Origin: the human T2T-CHM13v2.0 reference genome, Homo sapiens
Reading direction: 5' to 3' (one strand)
Length of the DNA stretch: 64,000 nt
NCBI RefSeq assembly: GCF_009914755.1
Contig: NC_060946.1
Both the position numbers and the translations under genes were made by a program. The first letter of the stretch is position 1. Every line of letters starts with the position of its first letter. Shown piece by piece: positions 59,668 through 64,000 of this stretch. The notes beneath the pieces were generated by a model. That model made no database searches and was not told where the DNA came from. It was given only the letters and a program-made list of their open reading frames with translations.

Positions 59668-61319
59668 CCAGGAGATTTTTTTGTGTTGTGCCAACAAATA
59701 AGCCTAGGCAGGGAAATTCTTTCTGGTGGTTGGAATTGTTAGTACTGAATAGACTAGATGCGAGGTAAAGAACCCCCATGGGGTTTTCTGTCAGCTCAGA
59801 AATCATTGTGACCTCAGTCTTTTACTGTGAAATAACATGACCATTAGGAAAGTAGCCTTAAACAACGTATTTTGGGTATGTTGAGAGGGAGGGACAATTA
59901 TGATCTGTTCCAAAGTGAACATAACAGATGATCCCTGTGTCTGTGAAGCCTTTAAAATTTATAGTGCTCTTCTATTAATTTCAAGTAAGATTTAGAGTTA
60001 TTGTGACATACTCTTAAAAAACCTGCAGTGTATCAAAAGGCACGTTTTTAAAGCATCTTGAAATGAAATTAATAATGTAATATCTACTTCTTCAGAATAG
60101 TAGTTTTTACATTCTGAAGACTGACTGACTGCTCTCAGCCACTTCTGAGTTCTCTATTTTCAAAGAATAATTTGGTATTCCATAAAGGAAATCTGTAAAT
60201 AAGAGAAGAGAGTGAATATCTTTTAACAGTGTTTTTCCTGATCTTTTCCAAACATCTTCATTGTGGTTCTGTCCTTTATTTTTTGGTTAAATCCAGAGGT
60301 TTACTTCTGCCTGTATCTTTCCAAACTATTAATCTGTTCACAATCACTTTCCCATTTAAATCCTTCAGCAGCCCCAGTACCTTCGTAATAAGGTCTCCTT
60401 AGCTTGGTATCCAGAACACTTCAATACTGGGCTTTGACCCCTGTTCTCCTTCCCCTACCTCTGTTTAGGTGCTTCACTGAGCTGCACTGAACAGCTCTTG
60501 GCCCCTTGAAATCTCTGCAGTCTCCTTGTCTCCCTCTGCTGGAATATTCTTCTCTCACTTCATCTGATCATTGCCTTCAAAACTCAGCTCATTTTCTTAT
60601 TTCCTTGCCCTTTTCATGTCCCTTGTTTTCCTCCGATTAAATTAATGTTCCAAACTCAAAAGAAAAACAACTCAGCTCAGGCATCACCTTGCCTGGAAGG
60701 CTTCCCTAGTCCTCCTGCCTCCTGCAGACTTGTCTGGCACCCTGTGCATTTGGGATTTGGCACACTATGTCTCGTCTGCGGCCTCCACTGGACAATGAGA
60801 CCGTAAGTGTGTGGCTTGACAGAAAGTTGTTGACTCTGCTGGGGTGCTGGTACAGTGCTGGGCACGGCAGTGTTACAGAGGAAGTGAGCCACTTAGTTTC
60901 TGCCCTTAGGAGCTTTTATTCTAGTTGCACTTGACCCTGACAGCTGTGAGACACCTCCCAGTAGTGCGTACCAACTTTTCAAAGTCTGTTTAATTGTACC
61001 TTAGTGTCTGATTCCAATTTTATTTCTTGAAGGAGGGGAGTGTCTCTAATGTCTTATTTTGGCACCCAGAGACCAGGTAGGCATCATTTTTATCCCAAAT
61101 TGTGGAAGGAATGTACATTTGACACAGATCACTTCCCTTTTTTCTCTTGTACACCTTTCACCTTTTTTTTTTTTTTTTGAGTTTGATGTGTTTGGACAGT
61201 AAGGGTTTAAGAGATTAAGATTAAATTTCAACTTTGTCTATTGTGCATATAGCCTAAGGAAAACAAAAAGTTAAAGAGGAAAAATACATTGCCTCTAAAA
61301 AGAAGACTCATTATTCAAC

Positions 61320-62218
61320 TTTTTTTATTTTTAGTTGTTTTCAGAGACTGAGTCTCACCCTATCACCCAGGCTGGAGAGGTGATCACAGCTCACCGTAGC
61401 CTTGAACTCCTGGGTTCAAGGGTTCCTCTTGCCTTAGTCTTCTCACTAGCTGAGACTGCAGGCCCGCACCAGCACACCTGGCTAATTTTACAAAAATTGT
61501 TTTTGAGAGACGTGGTCTTGCCATCTTGCCTAGGCTGGTGTGGAACTCCTGGGTTCAAGCAAACCTCCCGCCTTGGCCACCCTAAGTGTTGGGATTACAG
61601 GTGTGACCCATTGTGCCCAGCCTAAACTTTTTTTTTTCAATGCTGAGCTGTACACAGAAGAAAGTAAAGGTCTTGGTCAAGCCTAGGAAAGAAGTATGCA
61701 AAGAAACTGGTGGCAGGCTGGATGTGGGCATATTTCAGGGCTTTGGAAGGTGAAGAGGAGAGGACTGCTTGAGGCCGAGAGTTCGAGACCAGCCTGGGCG
61801 ACATAACGGGACCCTGTCTGTACAGATAAACATTTTATAATTAGCCAGGTGTATGTACCCTAGAACTTAAAGTATAATAAAAAAAAATAAAATTCGCCAG
61901 GTGTGGTGGTGCGCACCTGTGGTCTCAGGTACTTGAGAGGCTGAGGCAGGGGGATCTCCTGAGTCCAGGTGTTTGAGGCTGCAGTGAGCTAGGGATCACA
62001 CCACTGTTCTCCAGCCTGGGCTACGAAGCGAGACTCTGTCTCTAAAGAAAAACATACTGGTGGCATTGTCAAGATTTGTCAAGAAATAGCCATTATGCTG
62101 GACCCAGTGGTGCGCACCTGTAGTGCCAGCTTTTCAGGAGGCTGAAGTGGGAGAATCTCTTGAGCCTAGGAGTTTGAGTTCAGCTTGGGCAGCATTGCAA
62201 GAGCCCAGTCTCAAAAAT
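61320..62218. mobile_element. Old Alus, one carrying an ultra-short L1PA 3' insertion (61853-61890)
   Basis: Alu consensus; atgtaccctagaacttaaagtataata+A-tail flanked by TSD aatt(a/c)gccaggtgt. Confidence 0.82.
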
Positions 62219-62309
62219 ATTAGGTCAATAAGGTTTATTTTAATTAAACAAGAAAAAGAAATATCTGCTAAAATTTAAAGCTATTCTATTCTTCCTCTCT
62301 CTCTTCTAG

Positions 62310-62413
62310 TGTTCTTGGGGAAGATCCCGACTAAGCCATTTTCCAGTGGCACCTCTTCCATCATGAGTTCCTGAGGCAGTCCGATGGGGCTACTTTATTC
62401 CAGAACAATCACA
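62310..62413 (+). other. SPECC1L: SPECC1L non-coding exon 2 (104 nt)
   Basis: Long polypyrimidine tract with TAG acceptor at 62307-62309; donor ACA|GTGAGA; size fits my recollection of the SPECC1L 5' UTR exon. Confidence 0.78.
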
Positions 62414-62964
62414 GTGAGACCTTTTCTCCCAATAAATGCCCCTTTTCTCTCCTTAATATATTCTCTTGCTTACAAAACACTGGTGTCTCCTTATCATGGT
62501 TTGGTTCTACCCCACTGGGCCCAAGAATTCTTGCCCAGGAGCAACTGAATTTTCTTCTTGCTTGCTTTTTAAAACTTTGGTGGGGTAGAGCCAATTTTAA
62601 ATCTTCTGATCCATTTTTTCATTGTTTTTCTCGCCCTTCTGCATTTTCTGCAAATTCTGTTGAATCATTGCAGTTACTTAGGTTTGCTTCGTCTCCCCCA
62701 TTACAAACTACTTACTGGGTTTTTCAACCCTAGTTCCCTCATTTTTATGATTTATGCTCATTTCTTTGTACACTTCGTCTTGCTCCATCTCCCAACTCAT
62801 GGCCCCTGGCTTTGGATTATTGTTTTGGTCTTTTATTTTTTGTCTTCTTCTACCTCAACACTTATCTTCCTCTCCCAGTCTCCGGTACCCTATCACCAAG
62901 GTTGTCATTAACCTTTCATATTATTCCTCATTATCCATGTATTCATTTGCAAATAAGCGTATAT

Positions 62965-63670
62965 TAACAAAATCACAGGTTTATGGAGATATAATTCACA
63001 TACCTTAAAATTCAGGCTTTTAAAGTGTACCTTTCATGTGGTTTTTGGTATATTCACAAAGTTATGCATTGATCACCACCATCTGATTCCATAACATGTT
63101 CAATACCTCAAAAAGAAGTCTGTACTCATTAGTAGTCATTTCACATTCACCACTCCCTCTGGCTCTGGGCAGTCACTGATCTTTGTGTCTCTATGGATTT
63201 GCCTAGTCTAGGTATTTTTATGTAAATGGCATCATACAACATGTGACCTTTTGTTTGGCTTTTTTCATTTAGCAAAATGTTATCAAGGTCTGTCCCTGTT
63301 GTAGCATGTATTAGCACTTCATTTCTTATATGCTGAATGATATACTTTATTTGTCCATCAGTTGTTCATGCTTTATTTGTCCATCAGTTGATGAACATTT
63401 GCGTTTTTGCCACTTTGGGCTATTAAGAATAATGCTACTGTGAACAAGTGTGTACAAGTTCCTCTACAAATTTTTGTGTGGACATATCCTTTCAGTTCTC
63501 TCAGGTGTATATCTGGGAATTGAATTGCTGGGTCGTGTAGTAGCTATGTTAAACACTTTGAGAAACTGCTATAATGTTCTCCAGAGCTGTACCATTTTAA
63601 ATTCTGTGTATGAGGATTCCACGTTCTCCACTTCCTCACCAGTGTATGGATTTGGGGGTATACTTTTTAA
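62965..63670 (-). mobile_element. L1M 3' UTR fragment
   Basis: ggagatataattcacatacc...tgatgaacattt...aataatgctactgtgaaca...gaattgctgggtc, typical antisense L1M 3' end. Confidence 0.8.
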
Positions 63671-63682
63671 AAAGTGGGATTA

Positions 63683-63987
<305 letters not shown>

Positions 63988-64000
63988 GTGGGATGATATT

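Overview
Human genomic DNA, recognised from the protein sequences and gene order as chromosome 22q11.23, an Alu-dense LCR22 segmental-duplication region. Left to right it holds: (1) the complete 12-exon GGT5 gene on the minus strand (CDS 30336->5584, 1761 nt = 586 aa, all introns GT-AG, catalytic Thr388 intact); (2) a GGT1-type light-chain pseudogene (GGTLC4P-like; five exons, a 1-bp frameshift and a GT>AT donor) about 3 kb upstream of GGT5 in the same orientation; (3) a POM121-like module (POM121L9P) with an intact intronless 428-aa ORF and a decayed tandem second copy; (4) an inverted copy of the last five BCR exons plus the 3' UTR (BCRP1-like), with the GAP arginine finger mutated; (5) an Alu-interrupted RPS10 processed pseudogene; (6) the CpG-island promoter and first two non-coding exons of SPECC1L. 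Most ORF-track entries are Alu or GC-rich shadow ORFs. I see no evidence of a wholly new biological system. The best leads are fine-scale: apparent exonization of 48-54 nt of intron into GGT5 exon 10 with relic in-frame acceptors, the intact POM121L ORF, a residual GAP-dead BCR ORF, stacked uORFs in the SPECC1L leader, and Alu-marked module junctions. Gene names, repeat subfamilies and ortholog comparisons come from memory, not from a search.
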